Of a DNA stretch of 64,000 nt, positions 43,872 through 54,103 are shown piece after piece. Made by a program: the position numbers and the translations under genes. How positions within the stretch are numbered: position 1 is the stretch's first letter; every line of letters begins with the position of its first letter. Source of the DNA: Candidatus Bathyarchaeota archaeon (GTDB lineage: Archaea; Thermoproteota; Bathyarchaeia; Bathyarchaeales; Bathycorpusculaceae); contig OY970340.1 in assembly GCA_963717465.1 (NCBI GenBank), positions 320,001 to 384,000 on the forward strand, in the 5' to 3' direction. The notes under the pieces are model-generated. The model had not been told where the DNA came from and made no database searches. It was given only the letters and a program-made list of their open reading frames with translations.

Positions 43872-44009
43872 ATGAATGGAAACATAGTTACTTGCCCAAA
43901 CTGCGGTAATACGCTTGATAAACCATGCAAAAAATTAGAAAATTCTGTCTTTGCAATTGCAGCTTACCATTGCCCAAAATGTGATACTACTTTTAAAGTG
44001 GTTCGCTAA
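43872..44009 (+). CDS. 45-aa zinc-ribbon microprotein (not in the ORF track)
   Basis: MNGNIVTCPNCGNTLDKPCKKLENSVFAIAAYHCPKCDTTFKVVR. Confidence 0.65.
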   Translation: MNGNIVTCPNCGNTLDKPCKKLENSVFAIAAYHCPKCDTTFKVVR

Positions 44010-44218
44010 AAATCTTCTTTTTTTCAGGTTTTCTGGATGATGATATTCTTATTGCTTTTCTCTCTAAGGTTTTATGTTTATATCTCTTAATTGAAAATAA
44101 AAGCTTTTTGAAATCTGTGAAATAATAATAATTTATTCAATCTTCCACCACATGCGGCATTCAACTGGTCAATCCTTCCAAGTCCTTTGTCTTTTATTTA
44201 TAGTGAAAGAGGGGTTCT

Positions 44219-44638
44219 TTAATCTCGCTTTGCCAATCTTTTCTTCATGCATTCTTCACAAAAATTGTTCTTGAACCTTCTTAAACGTCTGGGCTGAAAT
44301 GATTTTCCGCAGCCATTACAGTTTATTTGATTAACCTGTTTGGGTTCAAGTAGTCTTAATCTTCGCTCTATCTCAACTCTAACTTCAGGATCATCAACTG
44401 TTTTCAAAGCATCAGTTAACAAAATTCTTGCCTGTTCAACACTGTTTTCACCAAAAACCTTTACAAAGCCATTCTTGCTATTCCCAAGCTGAATGGGCAA
44501 CATGCAAACAAAATTTGAAGGATAACTCTTAGACTTGCGCATATCAATTACGGCAAAGCGAAAGCGATGCCTCTTGGAATAGTCCGAAATGTCTTCTCGC
44601 TTAATGATACGCAATTTAAAGTCCATGTCAATCAACAC
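44219..44638 (-). CDS. Hypothetical protein with C-terminal zinc finger
   Basis: CNGCGKSF..FCEEC. Confidence 0.7.
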   Translation of the reverse strand: MLIDMDFKLRIIKREDISDYSKRHRFRFAVIDMRKSKSYPSNFVCMLPIQLGNSKNGFVKVFGENSVEQARILLTDALKTVDDPEVRVEIERRLRLLEPKQVNQINCNGCGKSFQPRRLRRFKNNFCEECMKKRLAKRD

Positions 44639-44691
44639 TTAGAACTAAGAGATTAAGAATACAACCTAATAATTGTAACCTATGGATTTTT

Positions 44692-44807
44692 CAAAAATAT
44701 ATTGTCTGGTTTGAAACTTGTTACCCGAATCTTCCACTACACACTGGACATTCAGTTAGAAGCTTGTTCCGATATACATGATTACTTCAAGCATCACAAG
44801 GTCGAAG
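44692..44807 (-). pseudogene. Internally deleted copy of the RING-like microprotein gene plus linker (repeat copy)
   Basis: Reads LRPCDA*..YRNKLLTECPVCSGRFG*; DNA matches 17430-17480. Confidence 0.7.
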
Positions 44808-44825
44808 GTAGGCCCTGATTACATA

Positions 44826-47453
44826 TTATTGACTATTTGAGGGAAGATTGATTGTGAATTTTGTTCCTTTGCCAACTTCACTTTCAAAAAATATTGTTCC
44901 GCCTTGAGCTTCTATAACCCGTTTGCAGACTGATAAACCGAAGCCTTGACCTCTTGATTTAGTTGTAAACAATGGAGTAAAGATTTTAGGTTTGACCTCT
45001 TCAGCAATTCCTACACCAGTATCCTCAACCTTAATCTCCATTTGACCTTTACCATCAACAAGTGCTTCTATCATTAATTCTCCACCGTTTGGCATGGCTT
45101 GAACTGAATTCGTGACAAGATTGATTAGCACTCTTCTTAGCAGTTGAGGGTCTACATCAACTGTTAGCTTCTCTCTAAGTTTAATTGTTGCTTGAATGTT
45201 CTCAGGAATGTTCAATTGGTCTAAAGTTGATGCTAAGAGTTCATTTAAATTAATAATTTGCTTGATTGTTTCCACTGGTTTAACGAAAGTTTGCAAGTCA
45301 CTCACTATTTTATCCATATAGTTGATTTGTGCTTCAATATCCTCAATGCTCTCAAGCATCATAGTTCTTGATTGTCCTTCTGGAACACTATCTAATTCTG
45401 ATTTTGCAAGATACAGTTCCCCAATGATGGCTTGCAACGGATTCCGCAAATCATGCCCAACCATGCCAGCCGTTTCACCAATGGCTGATAGTCTTTCTTT
45501 TTCCTGCAATTGCTTTTCTAAGTTCTTACGTTCAGTAACATCTTCAGCGATTAAACCCATTTGGTTTGGGTTCGGTCTCCATGCAAGAACTTCAAAATAA
45601 CGGTTTAACACTTCACTTTTCATTAAAGAGCGAATAGGCTTACCAGTTTTTTCAACTTGATTGAACATTTCCAGCCAATAATCAACCCTAAATTTTGTTA
45701 AGTCTCTTAGATTTATGTCTTTAAAGACATCCCTCGTTCCTTTGCCAATAATATCCTCTTTTCTTTTATTCAGAAGCTTTAAAAACGCAACGTTGGCATC
45801 AGTAATAACATAATCAATAATTTTTCCTGCTTTATCAAAAACTAAATCGGCGATAAAGAACATTTCACTCATAGAATCAAAAAGCTGATGATAGCGTTTT
45901 TCACTTTCCTGCAAAGCAAGTCGAGCCTGCTTAAGCTCAGTCATGTCAACGCTTATCCCTCTTGCTCCAACAATCTTATCTTGCTTTATGATTGGTACAC
46001 TAATAAGTAATACAGGGAATTTTGAACCGTTCTTTCTAACAAACATATATTCAATACTTTGTCTTTTACCGTCTGAAAACATTTTTATCATGTTAGTTTT
46101 TGAACGTTTAGCATCCTCTTCAGCGACCAAACGGTTAGCATTAAAACTGCTTCCAAAGTCCTGTTTAGAATAACCCGTTTGCTCAATTGACTTCGAATTT
46201 GCAAAATTTATGATCCCTTTATTGTCAATTTCAAAAACCATTTCAGGTAACTTATCAACCATCTGTTGATATTTGCTCTCGCTTTCCTTCAGCTCCGCCT
46301 CAGCTTTTTTACGTTCGGATATATCTTTAAGCAAAACGCCGACTTGACCCCTAACGAATGGAAACATGTGAACATCAAACCACCTGCTTACTTCCTTGTT
46401 AAACCTTTCATAACGTGCCCATTCGCCGGTCTTGGCAACTTTGCCAATTAATGAAAACCATATAGGCTCAATGTTCTCTGGAACTTCGCTTGCCCTTTTG
46501 CCTTCAACATCTTCGATGCCCCCGCCTGTTTGACGCTCAAACGCAGGATTAACCTTCAAAAACCTAAAATCACATAGTTCTCCTGCTTGATTGTACAGTG
46601 GCTCAAGCAAAATGAAACCATCATCGCTATTATCAAACAATGTCCTGTATAGCTGTTCACTGTCTCTGAGTGAATTTTCAGCTTTTTTGAGTTCGGTTAC
46701 ATCTCTGAAGAGTATGCCGATTTTTCCTTCCTGGTATTTGAAAGTATAACCATCATACCATCGGCTGGTAACTTGGTTATAGTTCTCAAAATGCTCGGAT
46801 ATACCTGTTTTGTTTGCCTTATCGATAGAAGAAAACCAGTGGGACTCTATCTTAGGAAATATGCCTTTTACACGCTTGCCAACGAGAACGGATGATTTAA
46901 CTCCAGTCTGCTTCTCATAAGCTTCATTTACCCTAAGATACACCAAATCAACAAGCTTACTTTCCTTATTGTACAATAGCTCAAACAGTACAAAGGCATC
47001 TTGAGTATTATCAATAAGTTTATGGTAGAGTTCTTGGTTTTCTCTTATTGCATCTTCTGCTTTCTTGCGTTCAGTGATGTCTTGAACAGTTACTATTAGC
47101 CTAACTGGATGATTATGTTCAAAGAAGGTCTGTCCAGTGGCAGTTATCCATCTCATGTTGCCGTCTTTCTGGTTAATAACTCGATATTCTGCACAGTATT
47201 CTCCATTTTCATTTGGGTTAAGAGCCTTGTCAATTTCTGCTTGAGTATTTGCACGGTCATCTGGATGTATCAATGACATAAAAGTATCATGCGTAAATTT
47301 TCCTTTCGGACCAACTCCCAAAATTTCCCTAACGCGCTTATCCAATTGAATTGTTCCAGAAGTCAAATCATAATCATAAATTCCCAATTTATTAGCCTTT
47401 ATTGCTAATGAAAATCGTGTTTTCGTTTCAAACAAATTTTCTTTTTCAAGCAA
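44826..47453 (-). CDS. Multi-PAS sensor histidine kinase
   Basis: Several PAS/PAC units, VGHDLRNPL, HATPase boxes; close paralog of 8026-11001. Confidence 0.93.
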   Translation of the reverse strand: MLEKENLFETKTRFSLAIKANKLGIYDYDLTSGTIQLDKRVREILGVGPKGKFTHDTFMSLIHPDDRANTQAEIDKALNPNENGEYCAEYRVINQKDGNMRWITATGQTFFEHNHPVRLIVTVQDITERKKAEDAIRENQELYHKLIDNTQDAFVLFELLYNKESKLVDLVYLRVNEAYEKQTGVKSSVLVGKRVKGIFPKIESHWFSSIDKANKTGISEHFENYNQVTSRWYDGYTFKYQEGKIGILFRDVTELKKAENSLRDSEQLYRTLFDNSDDGFILLEPLYNQAGELCDFRFLKVNPAFERQTGGGIEDVEGKRASEVPENIEPIWFSLIGKVAKTGEWARYERFNKEVSRWFDVHMFPFVRGQVGVLLKDISERKKAEAELKESESKYQQMVDKLPEMVFEIDNKGIINFANSKSIEQTGYSKQDFGSSFNANRLVAEEDAKRSKTNMIKMFSDGKRQSIEYMFVRKNGSKFPVLLISVPIIKQDKIVGARGISVDMTELKQARLALQESEKRYHQLFDSMSEMFFIADLVFDKAGKIIDYVITDANVAFLKLLNKRKEDIIGKGTRDVFKDINLRDLTKFRVDYWLEMFNQVEKTGKPIRSLMKSEVLNRYFEVLAWRPNPNQMGLIAEDVTERKNLEKQLQEKERLSAIGETAGMVGHDLRNPLQAIIGELYLAKSELDSVPEGQSRTMMLESIEDIEAQINYMDKIVSDLQTFVKPVETIKQIINLNELLASTLDQLNIPENIQATIKLREKLTVDVDPQLLRRVLINLVTNSVQAMPNGGELMIEALVDGKGQMEIKVEDTGVGIAEEVKPKIFTPLFTTKSRGQGFGLSVCKRVIEAQGGTIFFESEVGKGTKFTINLPSNSQ

Positions 47454-47718
47454 TACCTATAAAACTCCTCAAAAATCGACTATATTATAAATATAATATT
47501 AACAGTTTAAATCATATATAAATTGGCATTTCCAGAAAAGAAACGAGAAATAGTAAAGTAGTGCCTGCGCTTATTGGTTGAGATTTTAGGCAAGGCTTTG
47601 AGCGTCAGGCTTTAGTGGTCAAAGTGCATTGCTCATAGTGATGTTTCAGGGGGGATTGGGTAGGTCTTTGGGTAAAACTTATATTCTGCCCAATTCATTG
47701 GGTAACATGTGCTGAGTT

Positions 47719-47961
47719 ATGGCTGAAACTACTTTTTACAAGAATAAGGTGTATCTTCCACGTGAAGTTCAAGAGAAACTGGGACTGGCTGAGGGTGACG
47801 TTTTGCGTATTGAAGTCGTTGAGAAAGGTGTAGCTAAATTAGAAGTTGCACGCAGTTGTGATGCATCAGCAAGAATCCTCAAAAGACTCAAAAATCCTCC
47901 AGACCTGGGAAGAGTGAAGGGTAAACTTGGGCGAGAGGAAATCTACGAAGATATTACTTGA
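47719..47961 (+). CDS. AbrB-type antitoxin
   Basis: VYLPREVQEKLGLAEGDVL; overlaps the PIN gene. Confidence 0.8.
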   Translation: MAETTFYKNKVYLPREVQEKLGLAEGDVLRIEVVEKGVAKLEVARSCDASARILKRLKNPPDLGRVKGKLGREEIYEDIT

Positions 47962-48382
47962 CACCAATATCCTTGTCCATGCTCATAATAAGTCATCTCC
48001 TCATCAGAAAAGCGCCAGCGCTGTAATTGAGGATGCAATGACTGGCAAATTCGATGCATGCTTGACAGCTCAAGTGATATACGAGTTCTTTGCAGTCATA
48101 ACGAACCCAAAAAGGGTAGAGTCACCCATGAAATTAGATGAAGCAGTCAACGTTTGTAAGGATTTTTGGGAATGTTTCGAAATCGAAAAGATTAATCCAA
48201 CTCATAACACAGTCATGGACGTAATGAAGCTGGCCAAAGAAATGAAAGTTTCCAAAGGCAAGATTTTCGATTGCGTCTTGGCTGTCACAGCCAAAGATAA
48301 TGATGTGCAATGCATTTACACTGAAAATACCGATGACTTCAAAAAATACCTGTTTCTGAACGCTTCCAACCCTCTTAAATGA
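47927..48382 (+). CDS. VapC/PIN toxin
   Basis: LLDTNILV, QVIYEF, IFDCVL, YTENTDDF. Confidence 0.88.
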   Translation: MGERKSTKILLDTNILVHAHNKSSPHQKSASAVIEDAMTGKFDACLTAQVIYEFFAVITNPKRVESPMKLDEAVNVCKDFWECFEIEKINPTHNTVMDVMKLAKEMKVSKGKIFDCVLAVTAKDNDVQCIYTENTDDFKKYLFLNASNPLK

Positions 48383-48428
48383 CCACAGACATTATTGTAA
48401 CCACCAGTGATTTGAACGATGCAAGTCG

Positions 48429-48640
48429 ATGTCTAAGTTACCGTCTGTGGATTATGATAGGGTTATCAAAGTCCTTACACAATAGGTTATGTTGTTAACA
48501 GCCAGAAAGGAAGCCACATAGTTATGCGGCTTGTTGATAACCAGAGATATATTTCGTTGTTCGGCTGCAGAAAAAATAAGAGGATGGCAGTTATTCCTGC
48601 ACATAAACCTCTTGGAAAAGGGATGCTGAATTATCGACTT
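48429..48640 (+). pseudogene. HicA-family toxin remnant
   Basis: MSKLPSVDYDRVIKVL / GYVVNSQKGSHIVM..VIPAHKPLGKGML across one frameshift; no hicB seen. Confidence 0.7.
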
Positions 48641-48871
48641 TTTCTTTTAAGCAATTGTACCGACGCGACCCAAAAATTTTGGCCAATCAGAACTACCAAG
48701 ATTGGGACAAAAAACGGAGAAAGCAATCCTGCCATTATTAAAGCAAACCCGCCCTCATATAAACGGCCCATTCAGCATTCGCGTGCATGAACGGACAAAA
48801 CAGGACGAAATTGGCTAAGTATAAAAGGCTCTCAAGCGCATTAAAACAAAACGGGCAGTTGCGGTGAACTG

Positions 48872-49801
48872 ATGGTTTCTAAACTACCTTTAAAGAAAAC
48901 CATTTTTGTCCTAGCGGTCATCATCGTTATTGCTCTTAACCTGTACACTTTAATAGCTGCATACCCTGAAAGCACGCAGATAAGTGCAGGCATTAACCTT
49001 TCAGGTTCAGGCTCCAATTTAGCCAAGGATTTCTCAGCATATTACATAGCAGCGTGGAGGCTCTGGCATGACCCCAGCCACATTTACACTATCGGAGGCT
49101 TAGCTGATGGCGAGCCGATGATTTTTCCGCAACCGGAAACTTACAAGTACCTGCCGTCCTTTTTGCTTATAGTTTCACCTTTCCTTTCGCTGAGTTACCA
49201 GCAGGCACTTTTAGCTTTTGATATTGTTCAGTTCCTGCTTTTGCCCATCATGGCTTACATGCTCTATAAGATGCTGGGCAACAAGCCGCTGGCAGTCACT
49301 TTCATCATCATCCTTATTGCATTACTCTTGCCTTATCCAGCTCCAAACGGGGGACTTTCTTTGAGCTATTACTGGCAATGGGCTGAAGGGCAAGCCAAAG
49401 TCTTCGTGACTTTTCTGCTTTTGCTCAGCTTCTACCTTGGTTTTCGGGGTAAACCGGTTTTATCTGGAATTGTTTTTGCGTTTGGGTTTTTCGACCCTAG
49501 GTTCGGGTTGCTGGCGATACCACTCTTTGTCACGTATAACTGCAAAAAACTCAAAGTAGCCACTGTAAGCGCAATCGGTATGATGGTTGTGTCAAATGCG
49601 ATGCTGCTTTACCCAAGCATGGGCTTAGGATTCATAAGCATGGCTTTCAATTCAACGACAACACCGCTATACTACTACTCATTCATACCTCTCTTTACGC
49701 TTATAGCACTCACCGTGGTGAACGCCAAAGAAGTAGTCGCTGCCTTCTTTAGTTTAATAAGGAAAAACAACAAAACATTAGAAGTAGGCCAACAAGGATG
49801 A
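48872..49801 (+). CDS. GT87/DUF2029-like membrane glycosyltransferase
   Basis: KDFSAYY, YKYLPSF, EGQ, multiple TM helices. Confidence 0.75.
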   Translation: MVSKLPLKKTIFVLAVIIVIALNLYTLIAAYPESTQISAGINLSGSGSNLAKDFSAYYIAAWRLWHDPSHIYTIGGLADGEPMIFPQPETYKYLPSFLLIVSPFLSLSYQQALLAFDIVQFLLLPIMAYMLYKMLGNKPLAVTFIIILIALLLPYPAPNGGLSLSYYWQWAEGQAKVFVTFLLLLSFYLGFRGKPVLSGIVFAFGFFDPRFGLLAIPLFVTYNCKKLKVATVSAIGMMVVSNAMLLYPSMGLGFISMAFNSTTTPLYYYSFIPLFTLIALTVVNAKEVVAAFFSLIRKNNKTLEVGQQG

Positions 49802-50089
49802 GCAGATTGTAAGATTTCAAAAAGCTTAGGCAATCAACTAAGCTAGAAATCGTGTCTTAGTATAGAGCTCAACTATAAGTTGTATTAGCATGCGCTTTAA
49901 CCCGTAGGTTAAAAAAAAACAATGCTATTTTTATCTTCCAGACCAATTTGAAACTCAAGTTAATCATGGCTCTTCCTTGAATTGGATATTTTCCTTCCAT
50001 ACAATATGCTAACGGATTGTTATTACTAATCAGTATTATTAATTCATAAATACTTTAAGAATTTAAAATCCATTTTTTCTTGGTAAACA

Positions 50090-50656
50090 ATGATAAAAGA
50101 GAATAACGAAAACAAGACAACCTATGAAGACTTACCATACATCCCTATGGATACTGCTGTAAAACCTGCAATGTCTAGCTTTAAGAAATTAGATGTTGGC
50201 TGCGGAAACATTGGGCAAGGTGACGTTAACTGTGACTTATACATAAAAGATGCTGGGCATAGAGGAAATAAACTACAAGAAGAACAAATAAACCCTAAAC
50301 TAATATTAAATTTTGTCAACTGCGACGCATTACATTTGCCTTTTAAAAACAATGTTTTCGAAGAAGTTTATAGCAGTCACTTGATTGAGCATGTTTCTAA
50401 TCCATCCTTACTAATTAAGGAAATGCTACGGGTAACGACACACTCTGTAATAATTAAGTGCCCTCATCGTTTTGGTGAGCCCTTTAGAGCTAGATATAGT
50501 AAATATCATAAATGGCATTTCACAAGGAAGGATTTTGCTCATTTATCAAATGTTAGCGGTTATATTTCAGGTTGGGCTTACCTGCCCCATGATTATTTTC
50601 CACTTTTCAGGCTTCCATCAGAAATAACCATTCAAATAATAAAAGAGAGAGTATAG
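50090..50656 (+). CDS. Class I SAM-dependent methyltransferase
   Basis: LDVGCG, DALHLPF, SHLIEHV. Confidence 0.85.
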   Translation: MIKENNENKTTYEDLPYIPMDTAVKPAMSSFKKLDVGCGNIGQGDVNCDLYIKDAGHRGNKLQEEQINPKLILNFVNCDALHLPFKNNVFEEVYSSHLIEHVSNPSLLIKEMLRVTTHSVIIKCPHRFGEPFRARYSKYHKWHFTRKDFAHLSNVSGYISGWAYLPHDYFPLFRLPSEITIQIIKERV

Positions 50657-50932
50657 TCATTTACAAAAAAGACTAAACTTTTTATGTCTTTATGTTAGGT
50701 AACTTAATTTTACAGTCAAAATCGAATAAATTTTTTAATTCTATCTGACGAGAGTTAACAGCAAAAAGAAACTGACGATAACAACAGAACCATTGCAAGC
50801 TTTACTCATGCGATTAGGGTGAAATCAAGATAAAATCTAATGTCAAGTGTGAAAAATAATTCCGCCCTCTATGTGGAGCAGTACACCAGGATAGAATAGG
50901 TGATAACGTGTTTATAAAATCCTAGTCTACCA

Positions 50933-51232
50933 TTGAATCATTCATTTAAGAGCATAGTCATAGGGAATGACACGTTAATTGCTCAACACGTTTTTATTAT
51001 TGACAGCTACCACAGAACAGGAAGGAATGAATTAATAAGAACCCAATGTGGAACTAAAGGAGCAGTAAAGATCGGCAATGATGTTTGGATTGGTGAGGGG
51101 GCAAAGATTTTAAAGGGGGTTACGGTAGGTGATGGCGCTATAATCGGCGCTGGCAGCGTAGTAACAAAGGATGTGCCGCCATATTGCATCGCAGTTGGGG
51201 TTCCAGCTAAGGTCATTAAAGAAAGAAAATAG
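50933..51232 (+). pseudogene. Left-handed beta-helix O-acetyltransferase, 5' part degraded
   Basis: [37 protein letters not shown]; stops upstream. Confidence 0.75.
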
Positions 51233-51317
51233 AAAAGTTGAGAACATATATTTTTAATTTTAGGTAAGGTAATCTGCTTTTTGGTTTTTGCTTTTTCTCA
51301 GTTTTAGCCGTTAACAG

Positions 51318-51749
51318 TTATGGGTTATTTTGGTCGTCTTTGAATCCTAAGAGATCTTTAAGAGATTTTAATTGATCTTTTAACTCGTTTACTTCAAGTT
51401 CAAGGTCATTTGCTTTATCTTCAGCGTCTTCAAGTTCTTGGAATTCTAAAATCATGCCTGAACGTTCAGATTCTATTATTTTCAGGTTCTCTCTTAGTTT
51501 GTTTAAGTTGCTGTTTAAGCCTGACTTTATTTCGGTTAATTTTTCAATTAAGCTTAGGTAATCTGGTGAATCTGCAGGTTTTGCTTGGGAATCGACTTTT
51601 GCTCTGAATTTGAACTGGCATTTTGGGCATTGAAAAATTCCTATTTGGATTTCAGAGGTGCTTCTTTTCAGTCCCTTCTTTGAGGATGCCATAGTCCAGG
51701 ATTTTATGACTGTTGATTCTGTTCCGCATTCAGGACAATTAACCATCAA
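51318..51749 (-). CDS. Cren7-like zinc-ribbon domain fused to a coiled coil
   Basis: CPECG..KSWTM..IGIFQCPKC..KFR followed by heptad-rich acidic helices. Confidence 0.6.
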   Translation of the reverse strand: MMVNCPECGTESTVIKSWTMASSKKGLKRSTSEIQIGIFQCPKCQFKFRAKVDSQAKPADSPDYLSLIEKLTEIKSGLNSNLNKLRENLKIIESERSGMILEFQELEDAEDKANDLELEVNELKDQLKSLKDLLGFKDDQNNP

Positions 51750-51867
51750 GTGAGCCTCACGCGATCAATCATTTTTCTTATTATTCTGTTGACGTGGCTA
51801 TAACATTTTGCATTGCAAAAGAAAGATTTTGGCGAAAAATAATAAAAAAAGAAAAAAGATATGTTAG

Positions 51868-52866
51868 TTAAAGGCTGATTTGGAACATTAATCTTTCAGC
51901 TAGTTCCTTGTATCGGTTTCTGATTGTGACTTCGGTTACTTGTGCGATTTCTGCGATTTCTCTTTGAGTTTTTCTTTCTCCTGTTAAGACTGATGCTACG
52001 TAGCTTGCGGCTGCGGCGATGCCTGTTGGACCTCTGCCTGAGGTGAGTTTGAGTTCTTTTGCTGCGGCTAGGATTTTGTGGGCGATCTCTTCTACTTTTC
52101 CCTGCATGGTTAATTGGTTGGAGAATTTTGTTACGTACTGGCTGGGTCTAAGCGGCGGGATTGAATAGTTGAGTTCTTTTATTAGGAAACGGTAACTGCG
52201 GCCTACTTCTTTCTTGTTTATTGTTGATGATTGCGCGATTTCGTCTAGTGTTCTGGGTAGTCCGCATTGTCTGCAGGCTAGGTAGATTGCTGCTGATGTA
52301 ACGCCTTGGATGGATCTGCCGCGGATTAAGCGTTCTTTTACGGCTTTTCGGTAGATTACTGAGGCGGTTTCAAGGATGTTTTTTGGCAGGTTGAGGTTGT
52401 TGGATATCTTGGTGATTTCTGATAGGGCAAAGGCTAGGTTGCGTTCTGTTGCGTCGGATACGCGTATGCGTCTTTGCCATTTTCTTAAGCGGTAGACTTG
52501 GGCTTTTTGTCCCGGCGAGAGGCTTTTGCCGTAGATGTCTCGGTCGTGCCAGTCGATGGTTGTGGATAAGCCTTTATCGTGAATTGTATAAGTTAGGGGT
52601 GCGCCGACTCGGGTTCTTTTTGATCGCTGCTCATCGTCGAATGCTCTCCATTCGGGTCCTCTGTCAGCTATTTTGGCTTGGATGACGTAGCCGCAGTCCA
52701 TGCAGACTAATTCAGCGGCTTCGTAGTCGCGCATTAGTCGGGTGCTGCCGCATTCGGGGCATGATTGGACTTTAAAAGTTTCTGTTTTTTGGGGTGCTTG
52801 GTCTGCTTCCTCATGCAGCTTGCTTTCAGGTACCTTGTTATCTTGTAACTTGCTTTCTCTACTCAT
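51868..52866 (-). CDS. tfb: Transcription initiation factor IIB
   Basis: CPECG zinc ribbon, GPEWRAF, two cyclin repeats, [12 protein letters not shown]. Confidence 0.98.
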   Translation of the reverse strand: MSRESKLQDNKVPESKLHEEADQAPQKTETFKVQSCPECGSTRLMRDYEAAELVCMDCGYVIQAKIADRGPEWRAFDDEQRSKRTRVGAPLTYTIHDKGLSTTIDWHDRDIYGKSLSPGQKAQVYRLRKWQRRIRVSDATERNLAFALSEITKISNNLNLPKNILETASVIYRKAVKERLIRGRSIQGVTSAAIYLACRQCGLPRTLDEIAQSSTINKKEVGRSYRFLIKELNYSIPPLRPSQYVTKFSNQLTMQGKVEEIAHKILAAAKELKLTSGRGPTGIAAAASYVASVLTGERKTQREIAEIAQVTEVTIRNRYKELAERLMFQISL

Positions 52867-53125
52867 GGTCTTTTCTCCTTTTCATCGTTTTCGAGAGAAG
52901 CAGGTATAACTGCTTGTTTGCAAGTTGAGCGGGTTCTTTGATTGTTGGTTTTATTATTGCGTAAGGTGCGGTTACTGGGCCTATTATGTCAAAAATTTTT
53001 CCGACGACTTTTAGGTTTTCGTCGACAACTTCTAAGCCAAGTTTCGGGGCGTTTTCGGTTTTTACCACGAGACTTTGTGAAGGAGTAACATTTAAAACTC
53101 TTCCTAATCTCTGCAATCCCTTCAT
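52859..53125 (-). CDS. gar1: H/ACA RNP component Gar1
   Basis: [15 protein letters not shown]; usual position beside tfb. Confidence 0.88.
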   Translation of the reverse strand: MKGLQRLGRVLNVTPSQSLVVKTENAPKLGLEVVDENLKVVGKIFDIIGPVTAPYAIIKPTIKEPAQLANKQLYLLLSKTMKRRKDHE

Positions 53126-53275
53126 TCCTCTCCGAAAACAAAAAGGGTCACCGTAGATGTATATTTAAAGTTTTCGAAGATTTGATGTAGTGGCAAGTTA
53201 AGGAAAACTATTATCTGGGGAAAACTTCTTAAATAAGAAGCGCGATATGACTTTGCCTTAAAAGGGTGAGGCTTT

Positions 53276-53656
53276 ATGTCAAAACCGTTTTATGTAAAGT
53301 ATGAAGTGCCAAAAGAAGTCGTGGATGCAGCCTATGAAGCCCTACAGATTGCTTCGAAAACCGGCATAGTGAGAAAAGGAACTAATGAGGCGACAAAAGC
53401 TGTTGAACGTTCAATTGCGAAGTTGATTGTGATTGCTGAAGATGTTGATCCGCCTGAAGTGATTGCGCATTTGCCGCTTCTTTGTGATGAAAGGAAGATT
53501 TCGTACGTTTTTGTTCCTAACAAGGATAAGCTTGGCAATGCAGTCGGTATTGATGTTCCATGCGCGTCAGCGTGCATTATTAAGGAAGGAGAAGCTACAG
53601 GGTTAATCAAGGAAATCGTAACCAGGATTGATCAGATCAAACGAGGCTCTAAGTAA
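53276..53656 (+). CDS. rpl7ae: 50S ribosomal protein L7Ae
   Basis: [27 protein letters not shown]. Confidence 0.97.
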   Translation: MSKPFYVKYEVPKEVVDAAYEALQIASKTGIVRKGTNEATKAVERSIAKLIVIAEDVDPPEVIAHLPLLCDERKISYVFVPNKDKLGNAVGIDVPCASACIIKEGEATGLIKEIVTRIDQIKRGSK

Positions 53657-53889
53657 TGAGCAGCAAGGAAGAGAGAGCAGCGGCAGCGGAAGAGCTTATT
53701 CCATCCGAAGTCATCCAGGTAATCGGGCGTACAGGTGTTACTGGTGAAATTACGCAGGTTCGAGTGCGCATCTTGGAAGGCAAAGACAAAGGCAGAATCA
53801 TTACACGCAACGTTAAAGGTCCAGTGCGAGTTCAAGATATCCTAATGCTGCGAGAGACTGAGCGGGAAGCAAAGAAAATTACAAGATAA
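53656..53889 (+). CDS. rps28e: 30S ribosomal protein S28e
   Basis: [24 protein letters not shown]. Confidence 0.97.
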   Translation: MSSKEERAAAAEELIPSEVIQVIGRTGVTGEITQVRVRILEGKDKGRIITRNVKGPVRVQDILMLRETEREAKKITR

Positions 53890-53905
53890 ACAAGAGGGTT
53901 AATGA

Positions 53906-54103
53906 ATGCCAAAAGCAAGAAAATGCTCATTTTGCGGTAACAATTTTCCAGCTGGAACAGGAATGATGTACGTAAAAAACGATGGGACAATCTTGTGGTT
54001 TGACTCAGGCAAGTGCAAGAAGAGCTCTTTAGTGTTTGGCAGAGATGCACGCAAACTTAAGTGGACTCAGTACTTTGGTAAAGAAGAGAAAGGCAAAGCG
54101 TAA
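53906..54103 (+). CDS. rpl24e: 50S ribosomal protein L24e
   Basis: CSFCG..GTGMMYVKNDG..RKLKWT. Confidence 0.97.
   Translation: MPKARKCSFCGNNFPAGTGMMYVKNDGTILWFDSGKCKKSSLVFGRDARKLKWTQYFGKEEKGKA

Larger units (their letters stand above)
42180..47560. mobile_element. Integrated island flanked by a duplication of the rpl40e 3' end
   Basis: AAGAAACGAGAAATAGTAAAGTA is identical at 42180-42202 and 47538-47560; contents are accessory genes. Confidence 0.8.
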
